Under the pieces are notes generated by a model, which did not search any database, was not told the DNA's origin, and worked only from the letters and a program-made list of their open reading frames with translations. 64,000 bases of DNA from Candidatus Bathyarchaeota archaeon. GTDB lineage: Archaea > Thermoproteota > Bathyarchaeia > Bathyarchaeales > Bathycorpusculaceae. Location: assembly GCA_963733095.1 (NCBI GenBank), contig CAVTBV010000001.1:1-64000 (forward strand), written 5' to 3'. Made by a program: the position numbers and the translations under genes. Positions 37,989 to 47,617 of the stretch are shown in pieces (the first letter of the stretch is position 1; each line of letters starts with the position of its first letter).

Positions 37989-40418
37989 TTATAGTTGCCA
38001 TTCCCAGTCTTGCGTTGGCTTCTTTAGGGGTTGCCCGCGTGATAGTGCCGCTTGTTCGGCGAGGCGTTCAAGGATTATTTTTTGTTCTACGCTGGCAACG
38101 TGTTTTCGGGTTGCGACTACGGCGTCGTTGTTGACGGATATGCTATCGATTCCAGCGCGGACGAGGAATTCTGCGAAGTCAGGCAAGTTTGACGGGCCTT
38201 CGCCGCAGATAGATACTGTGCAACCGTTTTCGTGTGCGGCTTTAATGAGGTGCGCAATAATGCGTTTTACTGCTGGGTCACGTTCGTCAAAGTATCCCAT
38301 TTGTCCTAAGCGTTCTGAGTCGCGGTCAATCATCAAAACTCCCTGGGTCATGTCGTTTGAGCCGATGCTGAAGCCGTCGACGAGTTTGCTGAATTCGTCA
38401 GCCATAATTCCGATAGCTGGAGTTTCAGCCATGAACCATACTTTGAAGTCCTTGTTGCGCTCTAACCCTTCTTCTTTCATGATTTGGAGAACCGCTTTTG
38501 CTTCCCAGAGAGTGCGGACCATGGGTAACATAACGTAGACGTTTTTGAGCGCCCATTCCTTGCGGCATTTTACGATTGCTTGACATTCAAGCCGGAAGGC
38601 TTTGTCGTACCATTTGCTTATGTAGCGGCTGCATCCTCTCCAACCCAACATGGGGTTTTCTTCGACGATTTCGTATTTTTCTCCGCCTTTTAAGCCTCGG
38701 TACTCGTTGGTTTTGAAGTCGCTTAAGCGTACTACGACTGGTTTTGGCTGAATTGCGCGGGCGACGGTTGCTATGCCGTCGGCGAGTTTGTCGACGAATT
38801 GTTGGCTTTGGCCTGCATCGACAAATGCCATGGGGTGTGTTCCGATGGCGCTGGCTAAGATGAATTCTGTACGCATCAAGCCTATGCCTTCGAAGGGTAA
38901 GTTCTTGTATTGTTCAATCATCTCGGGGGTTCCGAGGTTCATGTAAATCTTTGTGGCTGTCACTGGAGCTGCTTCTGCAACCTGAGCATATTCTCCGCCG
39001 TTGTTTGATGCGGGTGTCTGCACTGCCTGAGCAATTATGCCTTCGTAGATAACTCCGTTTCTTGAATCTACCGTATATTCTTTGCCGGTCTTCATTATTT
39101 GCGTTGCGTTCTCTGTGCCTACAACGCATGGAATGTTGAGTTCTCGGCTTACGATGGCTGCGTGTGAGGTGATTCCACCTTTATCAGTTACGATGGCGCT
39201 TGCCATTTTCATGAAAGGAACAAAGTCAGGGTCAGTCATACCTGTGACGAGGATAGCTCCTTTTTTCATATTTTTGTTTGCGTCATCAGGGTTTAGCACA
39301 ACTGTTGCTTTGCCTATGCCGTAGCCTCTTCGCCCAGCAGAGATTCCTCTTACTACGACTTTTAGTTGTTCTTGGGCTTTTGTATCTTCCATTTTAGGTG
39401 CTTCCATATCTTTTGTACCAAAAACTGTTTCTGGTCTGGCTTGAACGATAAACATGTTCTGTGGATATGAAAGGTCTTGGTCGATTGCCCATTCAATATC
39501 CATAGGTTTGCCGTAATGCTTCTCGATTCGTTTTGCAAGTTCAGCAAGCGTCAAAAGTTCACGGTCGTCTATACAGGTTACTTTCTGCTTTTCCGCTGGC
39601 ACTTCTAAATGCACTGTTTTACCTGTCTTAGGGTCACGGATATACTCTATCGTCTTGCGAGCAATCCTTCGCTCCTTAATTGTGGTTGAAGCTTTGTCAA
39701 TAACAAAGTCGTCAGGGTTAACAACGCCTGAAACAACAGTTTCCCCTAACCCATAATTGCCTTCGATGACAATCTCATCACGATTTCCCGTCACGGGATT
39801 TATAGTGAACATAACTCCGGCGCATCCAGAGTTAACCATTTTTTGGACGCCGACGCTTATGAAAACTTTATCGTGTGGGAAGCCCTTTTCGTTGCGATAA
39901 AAGATTGCGCGTGGCGTAAAGAGGCTTGACCAGCATTTCCTCACTTTATCAATGAGGTCGTCTGCTCCTTTCACGTTTAGGTAAGTTTCCTGTTGACCCG
40001 CAAACGATGCATCAGGCAAATCTTCGGCTGTAGCGCTTGACCGCACTGCAACAAAGGTGTCTTTCAGTTCAAGGCGTTTGTTTAGGTCCCTGTAAGCGGT
40101 CCTTATGGCGGTTTCTATGTCCTTTGGCATATCAGTTTTTTCGATGAGTTCACGAATTTTCTTTGACGCAGTATCATATTGTTTGGGGTCGTTTGGGTTT
40201 GTGACAGTTTCCGCAATAATCTTGTAAATCTGATCGGCAATTTTCTTCTCTTGAATATAACGTTCATACGAAAAAGCAGTTACTGCAAAACCGGGAGGAA
40301 CAGGTAGCCCCGAACTAATCATTTCACCGAGACTGGCGTTTTTACCGCCTACAATAGAAACGTCATCATTTCTTACATCTTCAAACCATAAAACGAGCTC
40401 TTTCTCTTTTACGGTCAA
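37989..40418 (-). CDS. ppsA: phosphoenolpyruvate synthase
   Basis: VGGKNASLGE, RSSATAED, GGITSHAAI phospho-His, SIGSND, ICGE. Confidence 0.97.
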   Translation of the reverse strand: MTVKEKELVLWFEDVRNDDVSIVGGKNASLGEMISSGLPVPPGFAVTAFSYERYIQEKKIADQIYKIIAETVTNPNDPKQYDTASKKIRELIEKTDMPKDIETAIRTAYRDLNKRLELKDTFVAVRSSATAEDLPDASFAGQQETYLNVKGADDLIDKVRKCWSSLFTPRAIFYRNEKGFPHDKVFISVGVQKMVNSGCAGVMFTINPVTGNRDEIVIEGNYGLGETVVSGVVNPDDFVIDKASTTIKERRIARKTIEYIRDPKTGKTVHLEVPAEKQKVTCIDDRELLTLAELAKRIEKHYGKPMDIEWAIDQDLSYPQNMFIVQARPETVFGTKDMEAPKMEDTKAQEQLKVVVRGISAGRRGYGIGKATVVLNPDDANKNMKKGAILVTGMTDPDFVPFMKMASAIVTDKGGITSHAAIVSRELNIPCVVGTENATQIMKTGKEYTVDSRNGVIYEGIIAQAVQTPASNNGGEYAQVAEAAPVTATKIYMNLGTPEMIEQYKNLPFEGIGLMRTEFILASAIGTHPMAFVDAGQSQQFVDKLADGIATVARAIQPKPVVVRLSDFKTNEYRGLKGGEKYEIVEENPMLGWRGCSRYISKWYDKAFRLECQAIVKCRKEWALKNVYVMLPMVRTLWEAKAVLQIMKEEGLERNKDFKVWFMAETPAIGIMADEFSKLVDGFSIGSNDMTQGVLMIDRDSERLGQMGYFDERDPAVKRIIAHLIKAAHENGCTVSICGEGPSNLPDFAEFLVRAGIDSISVNNDAVVATRKHVASVEQKIILERLAEQAALSRGQPLKKPTQDWEWQL

Positions 40419-40963
40419 ATAATCTCCGTCTCCGCTTCGGGTTCCGCCGTTTCGGCAATCATTGGAGCAACTTTGATTTTTGAGATAACTATCTTGCAGG
40501 GTATTGGAAGTTTTGCGCTGCCTCTTTTAAGCGATTCTTTGGCTATTGCCTCTTGACCTGCTTTGACTTTGACGGTTATAAGCGGTTGTCCTACCTCAAC
40601 TTTTGCGGCAGTGCCGATTGCGGTCCCAAAGGAACGTCTCATTCCTTGCTGAAGACGGTCAGCGTGAGCACCAAAGATCATTTTGTTTTCCCTCAAGATA
40701 ATATGAGGGTATGGATGAACAACCATAAGATAATCGTTAATGAGCTTATCCATCAAGATACGGTTTGTAGCTACACGTGCTGCTTCTAAAGCACTGTGGC
40801 GGATTTGAGCCCGTTCTTGTCCGATGAGTTGACCTTGGATTTCGAAAGTTCCCTTTGTGTCACCCATAGTGAATTTTACTATTTTTGGTGGTGGAAAACC
40901 TCTAGCGTATTTCTTTCTAGTGTATGGTCTATTTTTTACGTGCCTGTAGTTTCGAGCTTGCAT
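40415..40963 (-). CDS. rpl10e: 50S ribosomal protein L16/L10e
   Basis: PYTRKKY, ALEAARV, LRENK, ADRLQQGMRRSFG. Confidence 0.96.
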   Translation of the reverse strand: MQARNYRHVKNRPYTRKKYARGFPPPKIVKFTMGDTKGTFEIQGQLIGQERAQIRHSALEAARVATNRILMDKLINDYLMVVHPYPHIILRENKMIFGAHADRLQQGMRRSFGTAIGTAAKVEVGQPLITVKVKAGQEAIAKESLKRGSAKLPIPCKIVISKIKVAPMIAETAEPEAETEII

Positions 40964-41129
40964 GCAGCATCCCTTTTTAACCTACATATTTTAGCGATAT
41001 TTAAACGATGTGTAAATCTGAGGTGATACGTCCGTGCATTTTCCATCTTAGGGGGATTTACTTAAAACCCATTATTCAAGTTGTTGCGGTCATCTACTTA
41101 TATAGTTAGTTTACTCTTGATTTCCAGAA

Positions 41130-42428
41130 ATGCCAACTAAACTGTTTATCTCGGGGAAAAACTGGATGCTCTCACTAGCTGAGCTTATGGCTTATTTTAA
41201 CACAAGAGAAATCGGATTTGAGGTCCAATTTTTTTCCGGAGAATTCTTTGCTCTATCCTTTGAAAAAGACTTCGACGCCTCTGCAGTCTCTGACTTAGGC
41301 GGAACAATAAAAATTGCAGAAGTAAAAACCAAGTTTCCCACTGAAACTGTCAAAGAAGCCTTCTTGAAAAAAAACAAGCAAGCCAAATCCCAAATAATCG
41401 AGTCTTTGGCGTCAAGCGGTTTAGTCGATGAGATGACTAAATCTGAAGAGAAAATGATGTTTGGTGTTAGTGTATACTGTACTGAAAGCACCCTGCGCTC
41501 TTCATCTGGGGGTATTCAACGGTTTGTCGGAAGCGCCGTTAAAGACGAATTGGCAGTTTTAGGCCAAAAATCAAGTTTCATGGGTTTCGGCAATGATAGA
41601 AAACTTGCCCAGCTAAGCCACGTTGAAGTGTTAAAGAAGAATTTAGTTGAAAACAGAGCCGAAGTATTATTTTGTATCGGCAGAAAAGAAACATGGGTAG
41701 CCGTCACAGTTGCTGTGCATAATCCGTTTGAATTCCAAAAAAGAGACATCTACAAACCTAATCAACGAAAAATCTTCGGGATGCCACCACGTTTAGCCAG
41801 AATGATGGTTAACTTGTCAGCCTGCACCCCAAAAAAAACCTTGCTGGACCCGTTCTGCGGTGTAGGCACAATTCTTCAGGAAGCACTTCTGGGGAAGGCA
41901 ACGGTTGTGGGCATAGATGTTAACCCGTGGTGTGTCAAAGCTGCAACCGAGAACCTCGAATGGCTAGTTCAAGAATATGGGCTTGAGAATTCGGATTTTC
42001 GAGTTCTCCAAGGAGACGTGGGCAGGTTGGTTGAGAAGATAGGGCAGGAAATGGTGGACTGTATTGTTTGTGAGCCCGATTTGGGTCCAGCCCTGCGTCA
42101 AGTGCCCACGGGTCCGTATGCTGAAAAGATTATTCAAAAGTTGAAGCCGCTGTTCTTTGGCTTTGCAGAGCAAGCTTATATAGCACTAAAGCCAGGGGGG
42201 CGTTTGGTGCTGGTTACGCCCTACATTAAGACGCGTTCTGGACAAGCGGTAACGATGCCCATCAGCAAAAAACTTGACAGTTTAGGATTCAAAAAGATTT
42301 ATGCATTCTCAAAAAACATGTTCGCCCAGACCGCAGGTGGGCTTGAACGTTTGATTAACACTTCCTCCTTAATTGAAATGGATGAACACCACATGATTGG
42401 CCGAGAAATCCATATCGCAGAAAAATAG
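41130..42428 (+). CDS. Trm11/TrmG10-like SAM-dependent RNA methyltransferase
   Basis: MPPRLARMMVNL, LDPFCGVGTILQE, EPDLG. Confidence 0.75.
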   Translation: MPTKLFISGKNWMLSLAELMAYFNTREIGFEVQFFSGEFFALSFEKDFDASAVSDLGGTIKIAEVKTKFPTETVKEAFLKKNKQAKSQIIESLASSGLVDEMTKSEEKMMFGVSVYCTESTLRSSSGGIQRFVGSAVKDELAVLGQKSSFMGFGNDRKLAQLSHVEVLKKNLVENRAEVLFCIGRKETWVAVTVAVHNPFEFQKRDIYKPNQRKIFGMPPRLARMMVNLSACTPKKTLLDPFCGVGTILQEALLGKATVVGIDVNPWCVKAATENLEWLVQEYGLENSDFRVLQGDVGRLVEKIGQEMVDCIVCEPDLGPALRQVPTGPYAEKIIQKLKPLFFGFAEQAYIALKPGGRLVLVTPYIKTRSGQAVTMPISKKLDSLGFKKIYAFSKNMFAQTAGGLERLINTSSLIEMDEHHMIGREIHIAEK

Positions 42429-42499
42429 CTGCAGGTTTGCAGATACAATTTATTAATTTGTTGGTGAACTATGTTTCTAAAACTGGGAGGCAGAAATAA

Positions 42500-42985
42500 G
42501 TGAGCACTAATCCAAGACCCAATTGGGACAGGTACTTTTTAGATATGTGTGAAGCGGTGGCTAGACGGGCAACCTGTGACCGTGGAAGAAGCGGCTGCGT
42601 CATCGTCAAGGACAAACGAATCATGACTACGGGCTATGTTGGTGCTCCAGCAGGGTTACCCCACTGTGACGAAGCAGGACATGACATGCGTAAAGTATTC
42701 AACTCCAACGGAGAAGTCACCCAGCACTGTGTACGAACACTTCATGCAGAGCAGAACGCAATTATTCAAGCCGCAAGGTTTGGAATCCCACTTGAGGGAG
42801 CGACGCTTTTCTGCAAAATGACTCCATGCCGAACTTGCGCCATGATGATAATTAATGCGGGAATCAAAAGGGTAGTTTGCGAGAAACGCTACCACGCCGA
42901 CGCCGACACCATTGAAATGTTCAAGCAAGCAGGGATAGAGCTATCCATCGTAAATAATGAATTCGAAAAATACGATAAACAATAA
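42500..42985 (+). CDS. dCMP deaminase family protein
   Basis: RPNWDRYF, RATC, HAEQNA, PCRTC. Confidence 0.93.
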   Translation: MSTNPRPNWDRYFLDMCEAVARRATCDRGRSGCVIVKDKRIMTTGYVGAPAGLPHCDEAGHDMRKVFNSNGEVTQHCVRTLHAEQNAIIQAARFGIPLEGATLFCKMTPCRTCAMMIINAGIKRVVCEKRYHADADTIEMFKQAGIELSIVNNEFEKYDKQ

Positions 42986-43006
42986 CCTCCTATTTGATCG
43001 TACACT

Positions 43007-43085
43007 AACCTATTTGGATTCTAATAGGTTCTAGCAGAAAAGATACAGGGGATCAAAAGCCCTAAAAGGGGCAGGGTCTTATTGG
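43007..43085 (-). repeat. dispersed intergenic repeat, copy 3
   Basis: Reverse complement CCAATAAGACCCTGCCCCTTTTAGGGCTTTTGATCCCCTGTATCTTTTCTGCTAGAACCTATTAGAATCCAAATAGG is colinear with 4538-4620. Confidence 0.55.
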
Positions 43086-43166
43086 TGAGTTATACATCAA
43101 TATCATGTTGACCAGTATTTAAAATAAAAAAAGAAAAAAGAACCACTTCAAGTATTAACTGGCGAC

Positions 43167-43505
43167 TTATCGTTTTGTTGGAACAACAAGCCACTTAACA
43201 TTATCAAGCCCATACTTCGTCACAAGCGGGTCAATGAAGTTTGGGGATAAGTCGTCGTCGATTTCTGAGAAAGCCACGGTATCGCCGATTCTGTAAGCGA
43301 TGCATATGATTGTAACGTCTTTTAATGCGGCGTACTTGCCCTTGATTTCCCAGTATCCAGGTTCATCCCGTCCGGGCTCAATTACCCAAGAATACTTGTC
43401 TTCAGGATGCTGCCCCTGCATAAAGTTGAAGGCGCAAACAACATCGCCCACAGCTTTTGGGTCCTCATTTGTTTTGACATAGAACCAAAGAGTCATAATT
43501 AACAC
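43167..43505 (-). CDS. hypothetical protein
   Basis: 112-aa ORF with its own TTTAAA box (~43532); no family recognised. Confidence 0.7.
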   Translation of the reverse strand: MLIMTLWFYVKTNEDPKAVGDVVCAFNFMQGQHPEDKYSWVIEPGRDEPGYWEIKGKYAALKDVTIICIAYRIGDTVAFSEIDDDLSPNFIDPLVTKYGLDNVKWLVVPTKR

Positions 43506-43546
43506 CAGTACATACTGAGTTGGTTTGTGGCTTTAAATTGTTTCGT

Positions 43547-44167
43547 CTACTCGCCCGCTCGAGCTTCTATTAGAGTCAGGGTTTCAAAAAAAGGCAGCTT
43601 TTGTTCAGCTTTCACAAATGCTTTCAGATTGTTTTCGCTGAATTTTTGAAGGGTTTCCTCGACGCCAGTGAGCGTAGACTGCATCAGTAGAACTCGACCG
43701 TACGGCTTCAAATACCGTGGGACTTCAGAGATAAAACGGTCAACCACTTCCCTTCCGTTAACGCCTCCTGCCCAAGCACGGTCAATCCAAGAAGTGATTT
43801 CCTGTTCTTCAGAGGGCAAGTAGGGTGCGTTAAACAGGATTAGGTTAAAAGCATTGGTTGGGTTTAGTGCCGTGAAGAGACTTGCTTGAATAAAGCCAAC
43901 TCTGCTATTCACTCCGTTGAGCGTTGAATTGTTCTTTGCGCAACGGATGGCAAAAGGGTTTAAGTCCACCGCAACCACACCTCCAGCATGCTTCGCAGCA
44001 ATAACAGCAAGCATCCCAGAACCAGTACCAACATCCAAAACCCGCTCGCCTTCTTTAACAACAAGGTTTTTGGCAAAAAGAAAAGAGTCCTCGGCAGGCT
44101 CATATACATTATCGTAAACGTCAAAAGTGTATTCTCCAAAAAGGATTCTTTTACTGGGGCAGAGCAT
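43547..44167 (-). CDS. HemK2/PrmC family (release factor) methyltransferase
   Basis: VYEPAEDSFL, DVGTGSG, FNAPYLP, WAGG. Confidence 0.9.
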   Translation of the reverse strand: MLCPSKRILFGEYTFDVYDNVYEPAEDSFLFAKNLVVKEGERVLDVGTGSGMLAVIAAKHAGGVVAVDLNPFAIRCAKNNSTLNGVNSRVGFIQASLFTALNPTNAFNLILFNAPYLPSEEQEITSWIDRAWAGGVNGREVVDRFISEVPRYLKPYGRVLLMQSTLTGVEETLQKFSENNLKAFVKAEQKLPFFETLTLIEARAGE

Positions 44168-44969
44168 TTGCTATGGCTCCAAATTCCTTTGGGGACAACT
44201 CTCTCACGCGCCTATCATGAAAAGACAGCTCGAGAGCTAATTTTTCTGAATCGTGTTTGTTTAGCTTAAAGTTGTCTCTGACAAATGGAGCCAGTGCTTT
44301 GCCCAACTTTTTATTGCGTTGGGTAAAGAGCCACTTCATCAAGCGGATAAAAAACTGTGTGTCCTTCACTTCGAAAGGCTGAGTACTCCAGGGTTTTAGG
44401 CGAAGGATTATCGAATCTACTTCAGGTTGAGGATAAAACATGTCTTGGGAAACAGAGTCCAAGAGCTCAGCTTCGGCACACTGATTAGTAACAACCGTTA
44501 ACCAACCGTACATTTCACTGCCTACAGAAGCGACAAGGCGTTCAGCGAACTCTTTTTGCAAAATCAAAACTGCACAATCAACCTTACGCTCAAGAATCCA
44601 CAGCACCAGCTGGGAAGACAAATAGTATGGGGGAATCGCTATGACCTTGTTGAACTCAGGTAACTCCGTTTTCAACACATCGCCTTCAACGATCGTCACG
44701 TTGCCCAATCCCTTGACGTTTTCAAGGAGCACGAGCACAATTTGCGGGTCCTTCTCAACAGCAACTACAGCCTTGCATTTTTCAGCCAAAAAACAAGTTA
44801 ACCAACCGAATCCTGCGCCAGCATCCAAAACCACATCCGCCCTACTAAGCGCTGCATAAGTGCATAGTTTATTGTAAAGTGACGGCTCAACCATAAAGTT
44901 TTGCCCCAAAAGCTTGTTTGGGGAAATTCTGTGGGTTTGAAGGAACTGCTTTGTTTCCTCAAGATTCAT
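44151..44969 (-). CDS. rsmA: 16S rRNA dimethyladenosine transferase
   Basis: LGQNF, GAGFG, LQKEFAERL, FYPQPEVDS. Confidence 0.93.
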   Translation of the reverse strand: MNLEETKQFLQTHRISPNKLLGQNFMVEPSLYNKLCTYAALSRADVVLDAGAGFGWLTCFLAEKCKAVVAVEKDPQIVLVLLENVKGLGNVTIVEGDVLKTELPEFNKVIAIPPYYLSSQLVLWILERKVDCAVLILQKEFAERLVASVGSEMYGWLTVVTNQCAEAELLDSVSQDMFYPQPEVDSIILRLKPWSTQPFEVKDTQFFIRLMKWLFTQRNKKLGKALAPFVRDNFKLNKHDSEKLALELSFHDRRVRELSPKEFGAIANALPQ

Positions 44970-44978
44970 GCGTATGCC

Positions 44979-45554
44979 TTACTGGGCTCGTGTGAATAAC
45001 CGGTACTTACTGTCACCCTCAAGCTCTTCCATAATCCGCTTTGTAATCAGCTTTACAGGGTTTGGCAACTCGGTACGTTTTTGTAGGTCATCGAAGCTTT
45101 CAAACGGTTTGTGCTCACGCATGTTTATGACCTGCCACATGTATTTCTTGCCGATGCCTGGAACAAGCTCTAAAGCGTGCATTCGAGGGGTAATAGCGCG
45201 GGCGGTGTTGAAAAAGTTGACAAACCATTTTTCCCGGTTCGCCACTATTTTGCTTATGACGCTTGGAAGTTCAGCTTTTGCTGAGGCGGTTAATTCTTCA
45301 TAGCCAATTCTGCCTATGATGTAGGTTACTTCTTCACGTGAATCTTTGCCGACATACACGCGGTCGCCAGGCTTCAAAAGCAACTCTTCTTTTACTAAAG
45401 CTTCCAAAAGGGTAAAGAATTCTTCGCCGACACATTGAATTAGAGCGCCCGCTCGGTAACCTGCTCGTCCTGTGGGGCGAAATCCTGGCTTGCCGTGCTG
45501 AAGGAAATCTAACACGTAAGCATGCTCTTCATACCGCTTTTCCATAACAGTCAC
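44979..45554 (-). CDS. DUF655 family nucleic-acid-binding protein
   Basis: EEHAYVLDFL, FTLLE, RMHALELVPGIGKK; conserved operon position. Confidence 0.92.
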   Translation of the reverse strand: MTVMEKRYEEHAYVLDFLQHGKPGFRPTGRAGYRAGALIQCVGEEFFTLLEALVKEELLLKPGDRVYVGKDSREEVTYIIGRIGYEELTASAKAELPSVISKIVANREKWFVNFFNTARAITPRMHALELVPGIGKKYMWQVINMREHKPFESFDDLQKRTELPNPVKLITKRIMEELEGDSKYRLFTRAQ

Positions 45555-45612
45555 TGAGTCCGTCAGCTAGTCTATTCTCGCTTAGTGCTTAAAAATACTT
45601 AGTCGCTTCCCA

Positions 45613-45951
45613 CTACTTCAACGTTCGGTTCTCATTCAAAAGTTCAACAATCGTGTGTAATTTTGAGGTTTCAATGATTTTTCGTCCCCCAGCCAAGAAC
45701 ACGCGCAACTCGTCAACAGTCTCAGGCATACAGTTGATAATTTGAACTGCTTCAGCCTCGTCAAGTTCGTATTCTTTTAGGAGGGTTTGCAAGAGTTCTT
45801 CAGCTTTATCTGGATCACATTTGGAGAATTTGCTGACGTAGTCGAGTGTGCGGCGTTGAAACTGGTCAAGGTTTTCTTCGCCAATGGTTTCCAGAACCTT
45901 CTTAACCTGTGGAAGGGTTAAGCGGCTTTCGCTTACTTCTCTCTTGCTCAT
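45613..45951 (-). CDS. rpoF: RNA polymerase subunit F (Rpo4)
   Basis: QRRTLDYVSKFSK, AVQIINCMPETVDELR. Confidence 0.92.
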   Translation of the reverse strand: MSKREVSESRLTLPQVKKVLETIGEENLDQFQRRTLDYVSKFSKCDPDKAEELLQTLLKEYELDEAEAVQIINCMPETVDELRVFLAGGRKIIETSKLHTIVELLNENRTLK

Positions 45952-45958
45952 GTTTCTC

Positions 45959-46255
45959 TCACTTACCTGTGTATGGTTCTAGATGTTCAGGACGAGTAAT
46001 TATTTCTTTAATAGCATTACCCTGCGGAACACTGACGACGTATCCGCGGCCTCGTTTTTCCACTATGACACCTATTTTGCCGTGGAAACGTTTATGGGGC
46101 ATACTCTTCTGAGTGCTAGAATCCATCTTTATGATTACTTGAGAACCAGGAGTATAATCTTCAAGGATTTTACCTATGTGTGGTTTACCTTTTGCTCGAG
46201 TTGGTTTACGCAGAAGACTGCGAGTTCCAGTGTAGTAGCCTTTTGAACCTCTCAT
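45959..46255 (-). CDS. rpl21e: 50S ribosomal protein L21e
   Basis: MPHKRFHGKIG, RPEHL. Confidence 0.95.
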   Translation of the reverse strand: MRGSKGYYTGTRSLLRKPTRAKGKPHIGKILEDYTPGSQVIIKMDSSTQKSMPHKRFHGKIGVIVEKRGRGYVVSVPQGNAIKEIITRPEHLEPYTGK

Positions 46256-46266
46256 TCAATTTTCAC

Positions 46267-47607
46267 CTATACATTATCATCCATTATTACGTTGAGAACG
46301 TCAAGCTTAAGCGTCTTCGCTCGGTTATTGAGCAAATTCGAAACGTTCGGTACTGTTCTTCCTTCATCTCCAGACACCAATTCTTTAACGTAGAGCCCGC
46401 CCTGGCAACGAATTTCCAGCAGAGCCCTCTTAAGCGACACCTTCTTAACTTTAACCTGATATATGTACCTTTCTCGGATTAAATCTGCCCTTCGATGCAA
46501 AACACGCAGAGGCGTCTGCTGTTTAATACATGTACCTGATAGCTGCTCTTCAATCCTGTGCAAATCTTGATCTGTTAATTCATTCTCAAATTCAGCCAAC
46601 AAAGCATATTCTTTCTGCGAGCCCTCACCCTTCTTTAGGCGGCGAACAATTTCCTTGGTTGTGAAATGCAGGTCCGAAACCTCAACTTTCCCAACCGCAT
46701 CAGTATTAACCTGAGATTCAATCACCTGCAAATCAACAAACCGCTTCTTAGGTTTTGAAACCTCAATCACAAAAGGCCTGCCGCTTCCAAGCATTCTTGC
46801 ATCGATGTCTTCTCGACCAGAAGCATGGAAAAACACATCTTCACCGTGGGTAGCTTCAAGCAACTGTTTAGAAGATAACTCTTCCACCGATTCAGGATAC
46901 AACTTTCCTGTTCCGCCGCATTTCTCGCATCCTCTGCCTCGGCAATCTGAGCAGAACCATTTCGACTGAGGAATAGTTCTAAGCAGTTTACGGTATCTCC
47001 CAGCCACGAAAAGAGGGTTAACTTGAAGCCTAACATTCTCGAGAAAAGGATTGAAAACGAAGACCAAATCCGGCTTCAGGTAATCTGCTTCTTTGCCTGT
47101 CCATTTAGCGAGCACTTTGCCGAGTAGTCTGCCGAATTCATGCTTCATGCTTTCGCCATAGCTAACGTTTATGGCAGCTTTGAACTCGTCTTCCCGCTCC
47201 TCAGCTTTGACGGGCAACTCTATTCCAACAAGGAAGGTCGTAAACTCGTAGCCTTCAATGGCTTCCAACGCTTTTTGGGTTAAACTGTCAATAAGCCCGA
47301 ACGTCCCCTCACAGAGGCTACACTTGATTTCTGCATCTTCTTTTGGGAGTCGTTTCTTTAGGTGTTTTAGGGTTTCTTTGGCTTCTCTTGAAAAACCGTT
47401 CGTTGCCAAAACCTTAAGCCGCTTAACACCCTCAGTGTTTTTTTCTACCGTAAGGTCGTTGGCTTGCATGGTTAAAGCGACTTTTAATGCTTGACCGCGA
47501 ACATTGTTTTCCATACTGTAACCAAGCAAAGCAAACTGTCTGCCCAAGCAGTGGTCACAAAGCGGGAAAGTGCTAAGAATTTCGTAGGCTTTCTCTAAAA
47601 CATCCAT
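46267..47607 (-). CDS. pus10: tRNA pseudouridine 54/55 synthase Pus10
   Basis: LCDHCLGR, GRYRKL, ASGREDIDARMLG, QQTPLRV, GGLYVKEL. Confidence 0.96.
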   Translation of the reverse strand: MDVLEKAYEILSTFPLCDHCLGRQFALLGYSMENNVRGQALKVALTMQANDLTVEKNTEGVKRLKVLATNGFSREAKETLKHLKKRLPKEDAEIKCSLCEGTFGLIDSLTQKALEAIEGYEFTTFLVGIELPVKAEEREDEFKAAINVSYGESMKHEFGRLLGKVLAKWTGKEADYLKPDLVFVFNPFLENVRLQVNPLFVAGRYRKLLRTIPQSKWFCSDCRGRGCEKCGGTGKLYPESVEELSSKQLLEATHGEDVFFHASGREDIDARMLGSGRPFVIEVSKPKKRFVDLQVIESQVNTDAVGKVEVSDLHFTTKEIVRRLKKGEGSQKEYALLAEFENELTDQDLHRIEEQLSGTCIKQQTPLRVLHRRADLIRERYIYQVKVKKVSLKRALLEIRCQGGLYVKELVSGDEGRTVPNVSNLLNNRAKTLKLDVLNVIMDDNV

Positions 47608-47617
47608 TGCACTTAGC